Part shown: positions 29,451 to 42,152 of the stretch, piece after piece
How the letters are laid out: every line of letters begins with the position of its first letter
How positions within the stretch are numbered: the first letter of the stretch is position 1
DNA from: Octopus vulgaris
Taxonomy: Eukaryota
Length of the DNA: 64,000 nt
NCBI GenBank assembly: GCA_951406725.2
Contig: OX597831.1
Span: forward strand, 50,406,001 to 50,470,000
Direction: 5' to 3'
Notes under the pieces: generated by a model
Seen by the model: the letters and a program-made list of their open reading frames with translations, nothing else
Told to the model about the DNA's origin: nothing
Database searches by the model: none
Made by a program: the position numbers and the translations under genes

Positions 29451-29680
29451 CGTGTATATATGAGAGGTATTTGTATCTAGAAGACCCACACAGTGGCGGG
29501 TAACGCAAAGTGAGTGCTATGGACAGACCGTAGTTAAACTCTTAGTTCGATAGTGATACGAGTGAGGAGTCTGATGTGGATCTTGTATTAGAATGTATAT
29601 ATATGTTAGACAAACTGAGGTAACAACGCCAAGGCTGTGAGACGTCTTCAGGACATTTATAAGGAAAAGATAAAGATATA

Positions 29681-29728
29681 GTCTTACAGTTGATTTTAGG
29701 ATATTATGGATATCCCCTCATCAGAGAC
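29681..29728 (-). ncRNA. Degenerate hammerhead motif
   Basis: Minus strand gtct-CTGATGA-ggggatat(ccata)atatcct-AAAAT-caact-GTA-agac; inverted homologue of 30858-30907. Confidence 0.55.
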
Positions 29729-29880
29729 GATGCGAGGTTAATAGATGTGGTTAGAGGTATATATTTGAGTTCGTTTATTTCCGCGCATGTATGTGCGTGT
29801 TCATGCATGTGTATGTGCGTGTTCATGCATGCGCACGCATATGCGTGTATGAATACATTTACAGATGCGTGTGGGCGTTC

Positions 29881-29918
<38 letters not shown>

Positions 29919-29953
29919 GTATGTATGTATGTACGTGCATGCATATGCGTTTG

Positions 29954-30012
<59 letters not shown>

Positions 30013-30857
30013 ATATGTATGTATGCATATGCGCACATGTATATGTACGTATGTGCGCGCGTACGTGTGTCATTATACCTTCTTTCCTCTATGATTCCTA
30101 CCTATCACACAAACCTATACAATCGCATACGTTTATTTAAAGAAATTTGACATCATTGCATTCTTCCCTTCCCTTTAAAATTTGCTACTAAAATTACTAC
30201 TCACATTGGTAAAATCCCACCCATACCTTTTCTCTACGCAGCCCTTAATGCAGCTCTGTCATATCAAACCTACTCACACATCTCACACTTATTGTCTCCT
30301 TACCTTCACATTTCTACTTATCACTCCCCAATCCCCTCCCATCATCCCCTCACGTTATCTTGACCACTAACTAACACTCTTTTCTCACTTCTTTCACCCT
30401 TTCTTCACTTTTTACTCACTGTTTTCACTTTTTTATTCTTTCCTTATTTTTTCTCCCTTCCTTCCTCTCATTTTCACTTCGTGTTTTCATTTCGACCTAT
30501 CTCTTCATTCTAATCATACACATCTCTTCCCTCCCCCATTTATCCATAAATACTACCAATACATTCTCAAATTTTTATTCACGCCACAAGACACTTTCGA
30601 ATGAGCAACACTGAATCCACGGCTCCATACTTTGAAATGGCTAAATATGAACTACTATTGGAACTTACATACCATGTACAGGAAACTTTTTTACCACTCC
30701 TATACACTATACACCATTTTCCTCAAATATTGGAACTGCAGCTACAATATCTTTATATATTTTATTTCTACTTTCATTCTCTAATTTCTCTCTATATTCC
30801 CTATCTCCTCCTTTTCCATAAAAATACCTTATTTCTCTCTATTTAATTATGACAAAA

Positions 30858-30907
30858 AGTCTCTAATGAAGGGATATACATAATATACCAGAAACAGCTG
30901 TATGATT
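30858..30907 (+). ncRNA. Hammerhead motif (one core substitution)
   Basis: agtct-CTAATGA-agggatatacataatatacca-GAAAC-agct-GTA-tgatt; palindromic loop AGCT. Confidence 0.55.
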
Positions 30908-31218
30908 ATATCTATAACGTTTTCCTTACAAATGGCCTGAAAACTTCTCACAGCCTGGGCTTTGTTATCTCATTTTGTCTAATTCATTTATATATATATA
31001 TATATATGTATAGGAGTGTGTGTGTGCGTTTGTGTTTGTCCCCCACCGCCGCTTGACAACCGTAGTTGATGCGTTTACGTCCCCGTATCTAAGCCGTTTT
31101 ACAAAAGAGTGCGATATAATGAACACCAGGCTTAAAAAGAAAACAAGTGCTGTACCCCAGCATATCTGCAGTCTAATGACTGAATCAAGTAAAAGATATA
31201 TATACATACATAGCTGCC

Positions 31219-31286
<68 letters not shown>

Positions 31287-31292
<6 letters not shown>

Positions 31293-32198
31293 AATATAAG
31301 AAGCGTCCACTATGTGGTCGACTCTTGCGCTAAAAATAGATCCGCTATGGTCTCAGCCACCAACAATTGGTTCCAAGGAGAATTAGCACAACCATTAACG
31401 TAAACGAGCAGGGCAAATGAAAAATAACAAAAATGTAGATTAATTCTAGACAATTGTTTTGCTATTAATGTATTATGCAATTTTACTTACGTAATATATC
31501 CATAGTTCATCTGTAGAATTTGTCTTGAATACAATTTACTAAACGGCACATCAAATTTTAACATAACGTCAAACTCACGTGTGGTTTAGTCGATTGTATT
31601 CGCAACTATTCCCTGGTTTTTATGCGCTTAGCCATTTGGTGTTAAATTGATGGTATTATTAAATTAATATCCAATTTTTTCACCCTTATTTTTTATTTTA
31701 ATTACACTGCAGTAAATTTTTTATGCAGCATCTGTTTCCGGAATTCTTGGCGCGCTTTGACGAGGGCATTCGAATCATAACTGCGAATATAATCGACTAA
31801 ACCACACGTGTGTTTGACGTTATGTTAAAACTTGGCGTGCGGTTTAGTAAATTGTATTGAAGACAAATTCTACTGATGAACTATGAATATATTATGTAAG
31901 TAAAATTGCATAATACATTAATAGCGAAACAATTGTCTAGAATTAATCTACATTTTTGTTATTTTTCATTTGCCCTGCTCGTTTACGTTAATGTTTGTGC
32001 TAATTCTCCTTGGAAACAATTTTTGGAGGCTGAGATCATAGCGGATCTATTTTTAGCGCAAAAGCCGACCACATAGTGGACACTCTCTTATATTTGTGTA
32101 TGAATTTTTATTGTATCCCTGGTTTTTATGCGCTAAGCCACTTGGTGTTAAATTGATGGTGTTATTAAATTAATATCCACTTTTTCACCCTTATTTTT
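31287..32198. repeat. ~320 bp diverged inverted repeat (31287-31605 vs 31782-32100) plus directly repeated tail (31611-31695 vs 32117-32198), flanked by (TA)n
   Basis: Arms align by eye as reverse complements with scattered substitutions; the ccctggtttttatgcgc...tcacccttatttt tail occurs twice. Confidence 0.9.
31866..31944 (+). ncRNA. Type I hammerhead ribozyme, intact core
   Basis: aattcta-CTGATGA-a-ctat...tattatgtaa(gtaaaa)ttgcataata...atag-c-GAAAC-aatt-GTC-tagaatt. Stem I is a perfect 7 bp; predicted cleavage after 31937. A mutated antisense copy lies at 31442-31520. Confidence 0.85.
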
Positions 32199-32203
32199 GA
32201 TTC

Positions 32204-32275
<72 letters not shown>

Positions 32276-32830
32276 TATATACCCCAACCATGGCTATGTT
32301 AGAGTACCGCCATCGTGATTCAAGTAACACAGATCCATGTACAAACTAAAATTGCTCTAGTTACACACATATCAAAATAGTGGAAACAAAAATAAATTCT
32401 ACTATGTCTACCATTTAAAGATAAATGTCCTACCATTATCTGGTTAGAATATTCGAAGAAAAATTACTATTGTATTTAATTGAACGATATATATCTTCAA
32501 AGTCAATTATATTCTTAGCTAATAAAACTATTACAGTTCAATTATATCCTAGTAATTAATAAACGACACAACTGTTTGCTGTATCTACCGGTACTTTAAT
32601 AACAATTATTGAAACAACTAATTAAATACAGTTGATTAAAAAAAAATATGTAGTCATCTTGCTTGCATTCAAAATTGTGAGGTAGAGAGGAAGAAAATTA
32701 AGATATTGTGTGTAAATTGTGAAATAATATTGTGTAGTTTACAACAGATTGTTAACAATTCAGTAAATAGTAGTTACACGGATTCATATAAAATATTACA
32801 CACGAATACATAAGCACATATATTCATGTA

Positions 32831-32957
<127 letters not shown>

Positions 32958-33164
32958 TTGTATATATGACGGACTTCTGTCAGCTTCAAGCCTACACAAT
33001 CCACTCACTAGTCTTTGGCCAGCCCGAGGCAGTGATAGAAGATACTTGACCAAGGAGTCACGCAATGGGATTAAACCTGGAACCATATGGTTAGAAACCA
33101 AGCTTCTTACTTGACACTGCCAGCTTTTGAGATGTTCTGAAGCTTTAAGATCACAAACACATGC

Positions 33165-33223
<59 letters not shown>

Positions 33224-33294
33224 TATACTGCTCGGGACTTAGTGCTTGCTTTTGCTATGGGTATGAGTAAGTATTTCACTTATATCTTGCGTAT

Positions 33295-33355
33295 TTGCCG
33301 CTGAAGAGGGGAAAATTTCTTACGAATTAACTCCGAAATTGAACCAATACGGTAA
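33295..33355 (+). ncRNA. Type I hammerhead ribozyme, intact core with a true stem III
   Basis: ttgccg-CTGAAGA-gggg...ctcc-GAAA-ttg(aac)ca-ATA-cggtaa. Stem I is 6 bp (one GU); stem III is ATTG/CAAT; predicted cleavage after 33349. Confidence 0.75.
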
Positions 33356-33770
33356 TAACGAATTTTTTAGAGATTTCTATCGGTTTGTTTCGAGACGCAT
33401 AAATTAAAATTATAATGGTTTATTGACAATTATTGTCTTTTTTTCGGCATATTTGGCATTAGAATTTTTCTTTTGCCCTTATCTTGTAAATTATTTATAA
33501 ATTTAACCTTTAAAGGTATTTTTTGATATGCTGGCCATTGATAAAATCTTTTCCCGAAAAAATTTTTATCCTACATTAGGTATATATATATATATATGCA
33601 TGTGTGTGTATATGTATGTATAAGTATATATGCATATATATGCATGACATACACGTAAATTAATCATGCTCTGTGCCAATTTCGGTCGAAACCTATCCAA
33701 GTAAGTTGCTAAACTGACGTAAACACATTTTGATCTCAATAGTTTCCGTATTATATTTGACATAATTATG

Positions 33771-33835
33771 TACACTGAAGATATTAGTGAATCATATGAA
33801 TTTATAGTTTCTAAGAAACCGATACATTGTCTGTA
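33771..33835 (+). ncRNA. Candidate type I hammerhead, intact core, imperfect stems II/III
   Basis: taca-CTGAAGA-ta-ttag...ctaa-GAAAC-cgatacatt-GTC-tgta. Confidence 0.45.
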
Positions 33836-34180
33836 GGACTGAAATGCTGTACTGTATAAAAATATGTATGTATTACATTTTTAGGGTATGCTCGTGAACT
33901 CCGATTTACATGCACATCGCATTTTCGGTTCTTTAAAATCTACGGCGTAGTGCATCATGATGAAGGTATGTATGAATTATTGTCTATTTGCTCAATTTTC
34001 GGTTCCCCCTTTTCTTATTTAGTAAAATTTGTAGAGCATATAAGAAAATATTTAGTGGTACTTAGATCACGAGCCATTACGTTTTGAGATCGAATCACAC
34101 CGAGGAACAATTTTTTCTTTTATTTTCGAATCAATCAAATAAGTACTCCCGCCATGAATAAGCTGACTTATGACCTAGAC

Positions 34181-34505
34181 CAGCGTTTCCCAACCATTTT
34201 TTATCTATGGATTCCTTTTATAACTATTTTACTTTGGTGGATCCCTATAGCTATTTGAAGAGATTTCTTTCCAAATTCCAATTTTGTTTTGTCATACATT
34301 AACTTGTGTAGGTTGGACTACATGAAGCGCTCGAGAAAAAAGTGAAAAAACAGCTGACTCCTGCAATAAATATACCCGAAACAAAAATGTTCAACATCCT
34401 CTCAAATACTACTATAGATCCCCAATTTAGTATTTTCTGGCGTAAACCCTACAAATTCTTACATGCACCCCCAGGGGTTATATGAAACCTGTTTGGGGAC
34501 CACTG
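34181..34505. mobile_element. hAT-Charlie-type MITE
   Basis: TIRs cagcgtttcccaacc / gtttggggaccactg; degenerate 8-bp TSD acctagac / atctaaac of the NTCTAGAN type. Confidence 0.7.
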
Positions 34506-35305
34506 ATCTAAACCATTCCTGCAATAAATAATTTGCCCGTTTATAACTCATTGCATATCTAAAGATACATTCGTTAATGTGCCCCTCGTTCTACAAATTT
34601 TTAGAAAGTAAAGGAATGGGATTTATTTTACACATGTACCAAATATATGTAGGTATATCTCGTCAGATGGTGCCTAAGTCAGAAACCATTGCTGACACAC
34701 ATTAGCAGAAAGTTGGGCGAGATGCGTTGCAGTGTTTAGTTCATGTCCCTTTACGTTCTGAGTTATAATTCTGCTTTCATTATAATCTCAGCTCGCTGCC
34801 TTCCGAAATCAACAAATTGGGCAATAGTTTATATAATGGAGTTGATGCAATCGAACACACTCCGGAAATGTTTTATACAGACAAACAAATCTCTTTCCTA
34901 TTGGAATTTAAACGTATAACACGTTTGCGTAGGATATGATAAATCTTACTTCACCACCATATTAACACAGCTCTTCACAAATTATTTATCAAACATTTAA
35001 ATGTATGCATGCTTCAGTGTAATAGTAAAATATCATTTCTGTTTTCCCATATCACACAGCTTATGAATGATTACCAATGCTTAACGAGATAAACATCAAC
35101 CAATATAGTTTGTTATTCATCAGAAGAGAAGATTCTATCATATATCTTGTCCGTATGAATTAATGTTAACAGAATAGCAATAGATTTGGGGTAAGATAGT
35201 AGACGAAAACTTAAATATTCATAAATGTAAATAAATATACAGGCATACGCACCACACATACAAACGCAAACATATAATTATGCCTATATGTGTGTGTATA
35301 TGTAC

Positions 35306-35340
<35 letters not shown>

Positions 35341-35870
35341 GCGCACACACGCACAAACATATATGGAACACATTCACATACATATCTACGTATGTATGTG
35401 TGAAAATAGGAAGATGGAGACAGACACATAAACATCAAATTGCCGAGGAGACAATGAATTACGGTACAAGAAATAATAATACCCCATGTCAGTGTGTTAG
35501 GCCGTGTGGTGAAGATAAAAACATCAATGTTTTAGACAGACTATTTATCAAGATAGAGAAATTATAAAACAATGAAAAAGATTTGATGTCTTCTTTTGCT
35601 GTTTTTCTTTTTTTTTGTGTTGTTGTAATGAATTTAAAGTAATACCAGAGTGACTATTTGATATGTTGTTTCGAACCAATGAGAGTGTAAGTAGAAATAG
35701 ATAATTATGTGCAATATACAGGTCCTGATCGGTTGTCGAAATAAAGATAGCAGCAGTTGTGTGTTCGCTAGTGTGTCTGGACATTGCAATATATATATAT
35801 ATATATGTATGTGTATATGAGTAACGGAGTCGATTGACCGGGTTGATATGTGTACGATATTATTTGAAAA

Positions 35871-36107
35871 GGCGGCGAGCTGGCAGAAACGTTAGCACGC
35901 CGGGCGAAATGCGTAGCCGTATTTCGTCTGCCGTTACACTCTGAGTTCAAATTCCGCCGAGGTCGACTTTGCCTTTCATCCTTTCGGGGTCGATAAATTA
36001 AGTACCAGTTACGCACTGGGGTCGATGTAATCGACTTAATACCTATGTCTGTCCTTGTTTGTCCCCTCTGTGTTTAGCCCCTTGTGGGTAGTAAAGAAAT
36101 AGGTATA
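35871..36107 (+). mobile_element. Deu/Nin-domain-type tRNA-derived SINE with 15-bp TSD
   Basis: ggcggcgagctggcagaaacg...gagttcaaattcc...gcctttcatcctttcggggtcgataaattaagtacc; TSD gatattatttgaaaa at 35856-35870 and 36108-36122. Other copies at 16525-16735(-), 21350-21550(+) and 11265-11440 (degenerate). Confidence 0.85.
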
Positions 36108-36324
36108 GATATTATTTGAAAATAGATGGGTAACATAGTCGAATTCTATGATTATATGTGCATCACAATACGAAAGAAGGATAACGGGATAAGAAAAAGG
36201 ATTAGAAAAATTAATCGATTGTTAATTCCAGCGAAAGTAAACGTTCCTCGCAGAATAATTAATCACTATAATGTCGGGTACATATATATTTGTAGTGTGT
36301 ATAAATATACATATGTATAATATG

Positions 36325-36361
<37 letters not shown>

Positions 36362-36370
36362 GTGTGTATG

Positions 36371-36401
<31 letters not shown>

Positions 36402-37479
36402 ATGTATATATATATATATATATATATAAATACACACATATATATATATATATATATATACGCACACACACACATACACCTCATCACTTGTTAATTCTTT
36501 AATTTATTTTTAAACCTTAACCTAATAAATAAAATTAGAATTTAATAAAATATTTAATTCTAAATCTTATTCCTAAATAATATACATTTAACTGGTTTGT
36601 CCATTCACGACTACCTGCACACCTATACCTCCATTGCTAAAAATATTTCTACAAAATTTCTTGTGGTAAGTAGCTTGTTTACCAACCACATGGTTCCGGG
36701 TTCAGTCCCACTGCGTGGCACCTTGGGCAAGTGACTTCTACTATAGCTTCGGGCCGACCAAAGCCTTGTGAGTGGATTTGGTAGACGAAAACTGAAAGAA
36801 TATATATATGTATGTATATGTATGTGCGTGTATGTTTGCGTGTCCGTGTTTTTCCCCCTAGCATTGCTTGACAACCGATGCTGGCGTGTTTATGTCCCTG
36901 TCACTTAGCAGTTCGGCAAAAGAGACCGATAGAATAAGTACTGTGCTTACAAAGAATAAGTCCCGGGGTCGAGTTGCTCGATTAAAGGCGGTGCTCCAGC
37001 ATGGGCGCAGTCAAAATGACTGAAACAAGTAAAAAGAGAAAAAAAAAGAGAAGAGAAACACTGACCTTAGCCACAAGCACTTACTACTAGATATCCTCTC
37101 CAACGCCTACAGGCTAGAAGAATGCTACTGGTGCATACTATTCTCTTTGAATTCCTTTCATTTTACTACATTTTGCGCTTTTACTTTATCTTCCTTTACC
37201 TCCTCCCCTTCTATCCTTATTTACTCTTATATATTTATCTATTTGTTTATCTTGGTTATTTTTATACACTATATTCGTAAACACTATCTCCTTATTTACC
37301 TTATATTATCCTTAGTTCCAAGCTAATACTACACTTTCTATTTATTAATTTTCCTTCGTTTTACAATTTAATAGCCACCTCCGCTACCATTCTGTTATTG
37401 AACGTTGTTACGTCCGCACCTACTTCTGGAATTAAACCTACATGGATTTACATAGGACTTATGGTCTTACTTCTACAGG

Positions 37480-37860
37480 ATCGGAAAGTTGCGGAACTGT
37501 TTCCGGAGGGAAACGCAATCTTTCAGGATGATAAATCACCAATTCACACAGCAAAAGTAGTTACTGAGTGGCACGAGTAACATTCCAGTGAAGTGGAAGA
37601 TCTTATCTGACAACCACAGTCCACAGATCTCAATATTGAACACGTATACTACATTTTAGAAACAAGTCATCACTACAAGAACTGGAGACTGTTTTAGCTG
37701 AAGAATGGACAAAAATTCCTTTGGAAAAAATACAAAATTTGTACGTGTCCATACCTCTTAGAAGTCAAGCTGTAATTATTGCCAAAGTTGGTCCTACCCC
37801 ATATTAAATTTAATTTGTTTGAAATTATAAGGTGTTTCCATTATTTTGTCTAACACCTGT
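37480..37860 (+). mobile_element. Tc1-family transposase 3' relic
   Basis: AIFQDDKSPIHTAKVVTEW...QPQSTDLNIEH, with terminal gtttccattattttgtctaacacctg. Confidence 0.75.
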
Positions 37861-37879
37861 TTGTATATATATATATATA

Positions 37880-38085
37880 TGTGACTGCGTGTGTACCGTT
37901 GGCGATTTTTTCCTCTGTCTTCCCTTCTCTGGATCTTTCCTTCTCCTATGTTTCCGACGAAGAGCTCCGCTCGTAACGTTAATCCCTCCTTCTTTCCTTC
38001 TTTCCTAAGCGTCCAATAATACTATATTTGTTCCACGTCCTCGCGTTGTTATGTTTTTGTGCTTTCTTGTTTGGATTAATTATAA
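37880..38085 (+). mobile_element. Solo PLE pLTR-like fragment with degenerate minimal hammerhead (37951-37983), between TA tracts
   Basis: ttt-CCGACGA-a-gagc(tcc)gctc-GTAAC-GTT-aat; layout and downstream tail resemble 53435-53650. Confidence 0.6.
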
Positions 38086-38089
38086 TATA

Positions 38090-38166
<77 letters not shown>

Positions 38167-38171
38167 TACTA

Positions 38172-38218
<47 letters not shown>

Positions 38219-39251
38219 TACTAGCAGAGATTGAAGAATTAGACTTTCTGTTATATTTTCTGAATGAACTGGAATATCTATGTTTCGAATTTCATCAAAA
38301 TTGCAGATGAGGGTTATTTCCCTCTTTACACACCCTAAAAAAATTGTAATCGTGCCACATGAAAGCCAAAAGACGAATGATCACAATAAGCAGTCAGTTA
38401 CCCTACCCTAGTCATTACCACTCCCAATGTAGGATTCCTCACCATCCAGGTGACAGGCACAGCCGTAACATGCATTACAAATCTATAGCAATTAGAAGGG
38501 CGTGACCCAACTGAAATCAACTTTAACAACTGTGTGACGTGAGGGCTAAGGAGAAATGAAAGTGTCTCACCTGGAGTTTGCAAATGACCACTATACTGAT
38601 ACGTAACTGGACAGAATGAATTTAAAATCTGTAAATGTGTTTGAATAACCAGTTGCTCATGTGGGAAGGCCTTGTAATCAATGTTACCACCTGGGAACTA
38701 TGTGTGACCGAGTGATAATAAAAAGATTGAAAGGAGGTGTGCAATCAAATAACTTTACTCAACACTTTGCAACTGAATCAGTGGAGACAAAGATGCCTCT
38801 CATTTACTTAACAAGTTATGCACCACATTGCAGAAACCACAATGTAAGTGTATGTCAATGCAAACTGTTACACTGTTGTACCATTGAATTAGAAATAATG
38901 CCCAACTTTTATGCTCGGATAACCCTACAGCTTCCAAGAGCACAACTGTATTCATTTTTGCTTAGATAAAATGATAAAATTGTGGGTGTTACGTCCCCAT
39001 GGAGGGGTCTTTCTAACTTTGTAAGCAGATGAAATTTTATAAATATTACTTCATTTGTGTCTAATATCTATGATTAAAATTTCATCAACATCATAAATAT
39101 ATGAATTGTCATGGGGGTTATGGCCCTTATGCTTAGAATATAATTTCCAAATTATAGATCCATAAAGATCCATTCAGTACTTTTGACCTAGTTTTGGATC
39201 ATAAAAGAAATTACTAAAATTTGGGGGTTAAGGCTCCCATTAATGTATTAT

Positions 39252-39322
<71 letters not shown>

Positions 39323-39704
39323 GATATAGATATACACACACACACACACAAAGATGAATTGATAGATACAACTGAGTGGGCAAACAAAAATATGAGACAC
39401 AGCCTAGTGCTTTTTTATGCTGATAAGCATAGTACTTATTCTATTAGTTTGTTCTTGTGAAACTAGTATGTTTTGTGGATGTAAATAAATGAACAGCAGT
39501 TGTGAAGCAGTGATGAGGGCGAAACACAGACACAAAGACACACACATACATTTACATATATACATATATATACGATTGATTTGTTTCAGTTCCTGTCTAC
39601 GAAATCCATATATATTGTTGTTGGCATCCTTTTTGTCTCGGGAGACAATGGAGTTGCTCATAAAATAATCTAGTCCGGCTTTTACATTTCATATCCTAAT
39701 ACAT

Positions 39705-40660
39705 CTCCTGCTATGGCTGTGTAGTCCTATCCTGGAGAAACACTCCCTCTGGCAGGTGCCGCAAATGTAGCGAAGACCTGGCTAGTTGTAAAGTCATACT
39801 TTCTTGCTGACGTCTTTTCTTGTCCTTCCATTTCTCCTCTCCCTCTATGTCACTCCTTTGTGTTCCCTCTTTTACGGTACGTCGCCAATCTCCACGGTTG
39901 CTGGCAACTGCTTCCCAGTTGGTAATATTGAAGTTGCAGGCATTCATGTCCCTTTTGCAAACATCCTTGTATCGTAAGAACGGTCTTCCCACAGACCTAG
40001 TGCCCCTAGCAAGCTCTCCGTTGAGTATGTCCTTGGGAATTCTGCCATCTTCCATACGGCTAACAAGTCGAAGCCATCTCATACGTCTTTATGTGAGGAG
40101 TGTAAACATGCTTGGTATTCCTGCTTGCTTGAGGACATCTTTGTTGGGGACAAGATTCTGCCATTTGATGCGAAGGATTTTCCGGAGGCAGCGCAGGTGA
40201 AAGATATTTAGGCGATGTATGGCGTCGTATGGCGTGTGTATGGCGTCCAAGTCTCACATCCATACAGTAGAGTGCTAAGTACACATGCCTGGTAAATCTT
40301 CATTTTTGTGGTCTTGGTCAGCTTATTGTTGTCCCATCCCGTTTGGAGGTTGGGCCATCACAGCAGCTGCCTTGCCAATGCGTATATTGAGCTCAGTATC
40401 AAGGGATAGGTTGTAGGTGACGGTAGCGCCAAGATAGGTAACCTTCTCCACCTCCTATAGTCTGTGGTCTCCAATATGTATGTTTGGAAGGGTCGATGTA
40501 GCCTGACCTATGATGTTGGTCTTCTTGAGGCTGATAAATAAACCAAAGTTGCTACATGCTTGCTCAAAACAGTTGATAAGCCTTTGTAGGGCTTCTTCTG
40601 TGTGTGATACCAGAGCGGCATCATCAGCAAATAGCATCTCCTCGAACAGGACCCATTTTT
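39705..40660 (-). mobile_element. 5'-truncated RTE-clade (BovB-like) LINE
   Basis: Minus strand [11 protein letters not shown]...[10 protein letters not shown]; RWLRLVSRMEDGRIPKDILNGEL...GRPFLRYKDVCKRDM. Confidence 0.85.
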
Positions 40661-40784
40661 GTATTTTTGATATATATATATGTGTGTGTATGTGTGTGTC
40701 TGTCTTTGTCTCTGTGTGTATGTATGTATATATATATATATATATATTCATATATACACACATATATCCATACATATGTGCATA

Positions 40785-40863
<79 letters not shown>

Positions 40864-40875
<12 letters not shown>

Positions 40876-41188
40876 TTAGAGACAAAACCACTATTTTGCA
40901 AAACAAACAAGGAAAGACTTAATCAATACATAAAATTTTAATAAAAAGTCAAAAAAACCGCCACTACAATTGTTTCTTGTCTTGATCGACAATCTTCAGG
41001 TGGACTTCAATAAGTCAGTTTCATAATTTGAAACTGACTTATTGGAAGTCCACCTGGAGATTGTCGATCAAGACAAGAAACAATTGTAGTGGCGGTTTTT
41101 TTGACTTTTTATTAAAATTTTATGTATTGATTAAGTCTTTCCTTGTTTGTTTTGCAAAATAGTGGTTTTGTCTCTAATAATATTATAT
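40864..41188. repeat. ~160 bp-arm palindrome (centre ~41026) carrying mirrored hammerheads, inserted in (TA)n
   Basis: tattattagagacaaaaccact...taagtcagtttca-taatt-tgaaactgactta...agtggttttgtctctaataata. I saw only one substitution and one indel between arms. Confidence 0.95.
40961..41003 (-). ncRNA. Minimal type I hammerhead ribozyme, intact core (left arm of palindrome)
   Basis: Minus strand ccac-CTGAAGA-ttgtc(gatcaa)gacaa-GAAAC-aatt-GTA-gtgg. The mirror copy on + at 41050-41092 has CTGGAGA. Confidence 0.85.
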
Positions 41189-41474
41189 AATATTTTACTA
41201 TAAAATTGGATTTAATCCTAAATCTGATTTTTTCCTGTAAATTTGGATTTATTCCCTAATATTTATTATATATATATATATATATTTACATAGATATATA
41301 TAAATGTATATATTTAAGTAAAGAGGGAGATAAATTGAATATTAATTTAATTAATATCAATTTAAAACCAGTAGCCTAGCATACAAAAGTCTGAAAAATC
41401 AGATTTTATATATATATATACGCATACATATATATATGTATATGTGTGTGTTTGTACATATATATATGTCCATC

Positions 41475-42003
41475 CCTCAGGTGGCAAAGTGAGGCGCACT
41501 GTCTTTGGGACCAGCGCGGTGTAGTGATGATGGATTTTCTGACAAAAGCACAGCAATTATAATGCTTCTCTGCTGCAGACAGAAATTGCGGGACGCCATC
41601 AAAGCAGATAGACGTAGAATGCTGACTAAAGGAACCCGTCTCGTCCAAGACAACGCCCCAGTTCACAATGTGCATGCTGCCCTGATAGAAGCACACACCT
41701 GCGACTATAAAATCATTCCTTATCACTTATACTCCCAACCGCGCACAATGTGACTTCCACCTCTTTCCAACCTTGAAGTATTTTTTGAAGCGCTTTTCGA
41801 GTGATGATGAACTTATCTCCAGACGCAACCTACCGACTTCTACAGATGAGGTCCTCACAGCTTTATAAAGCGATGAGAGAATTGTGACATTATTGACGTT
41901 GGTTATGTAGAGAATGACAAAGAACGACTAATAACTATGGCAAGTTTCGTTTATCCCAGTTCTTGGGAAGTGGGTCAGGCGAAATCTTTAATAAATACTC
42001 TTC

Positions 42004-42005
<2 letters not shown>
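41475..42005 (+). mobile_element. Mariner transposase 3' relic
   Basis: KLRDAIKADRRRMLTKGTRLVQDNAPVH...YSQP...CDFHLFP. Confidence 0.75.
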
Positions 42006-42062
<57 letters not shown>

Positions 42063-42107
42063 CATATATATATGCATATACATATATATATACATATACA
42101 TATATAT

Positions 42108-42149
<42 letters not shown>

Positions 42150-42152
<3 letters not shown>

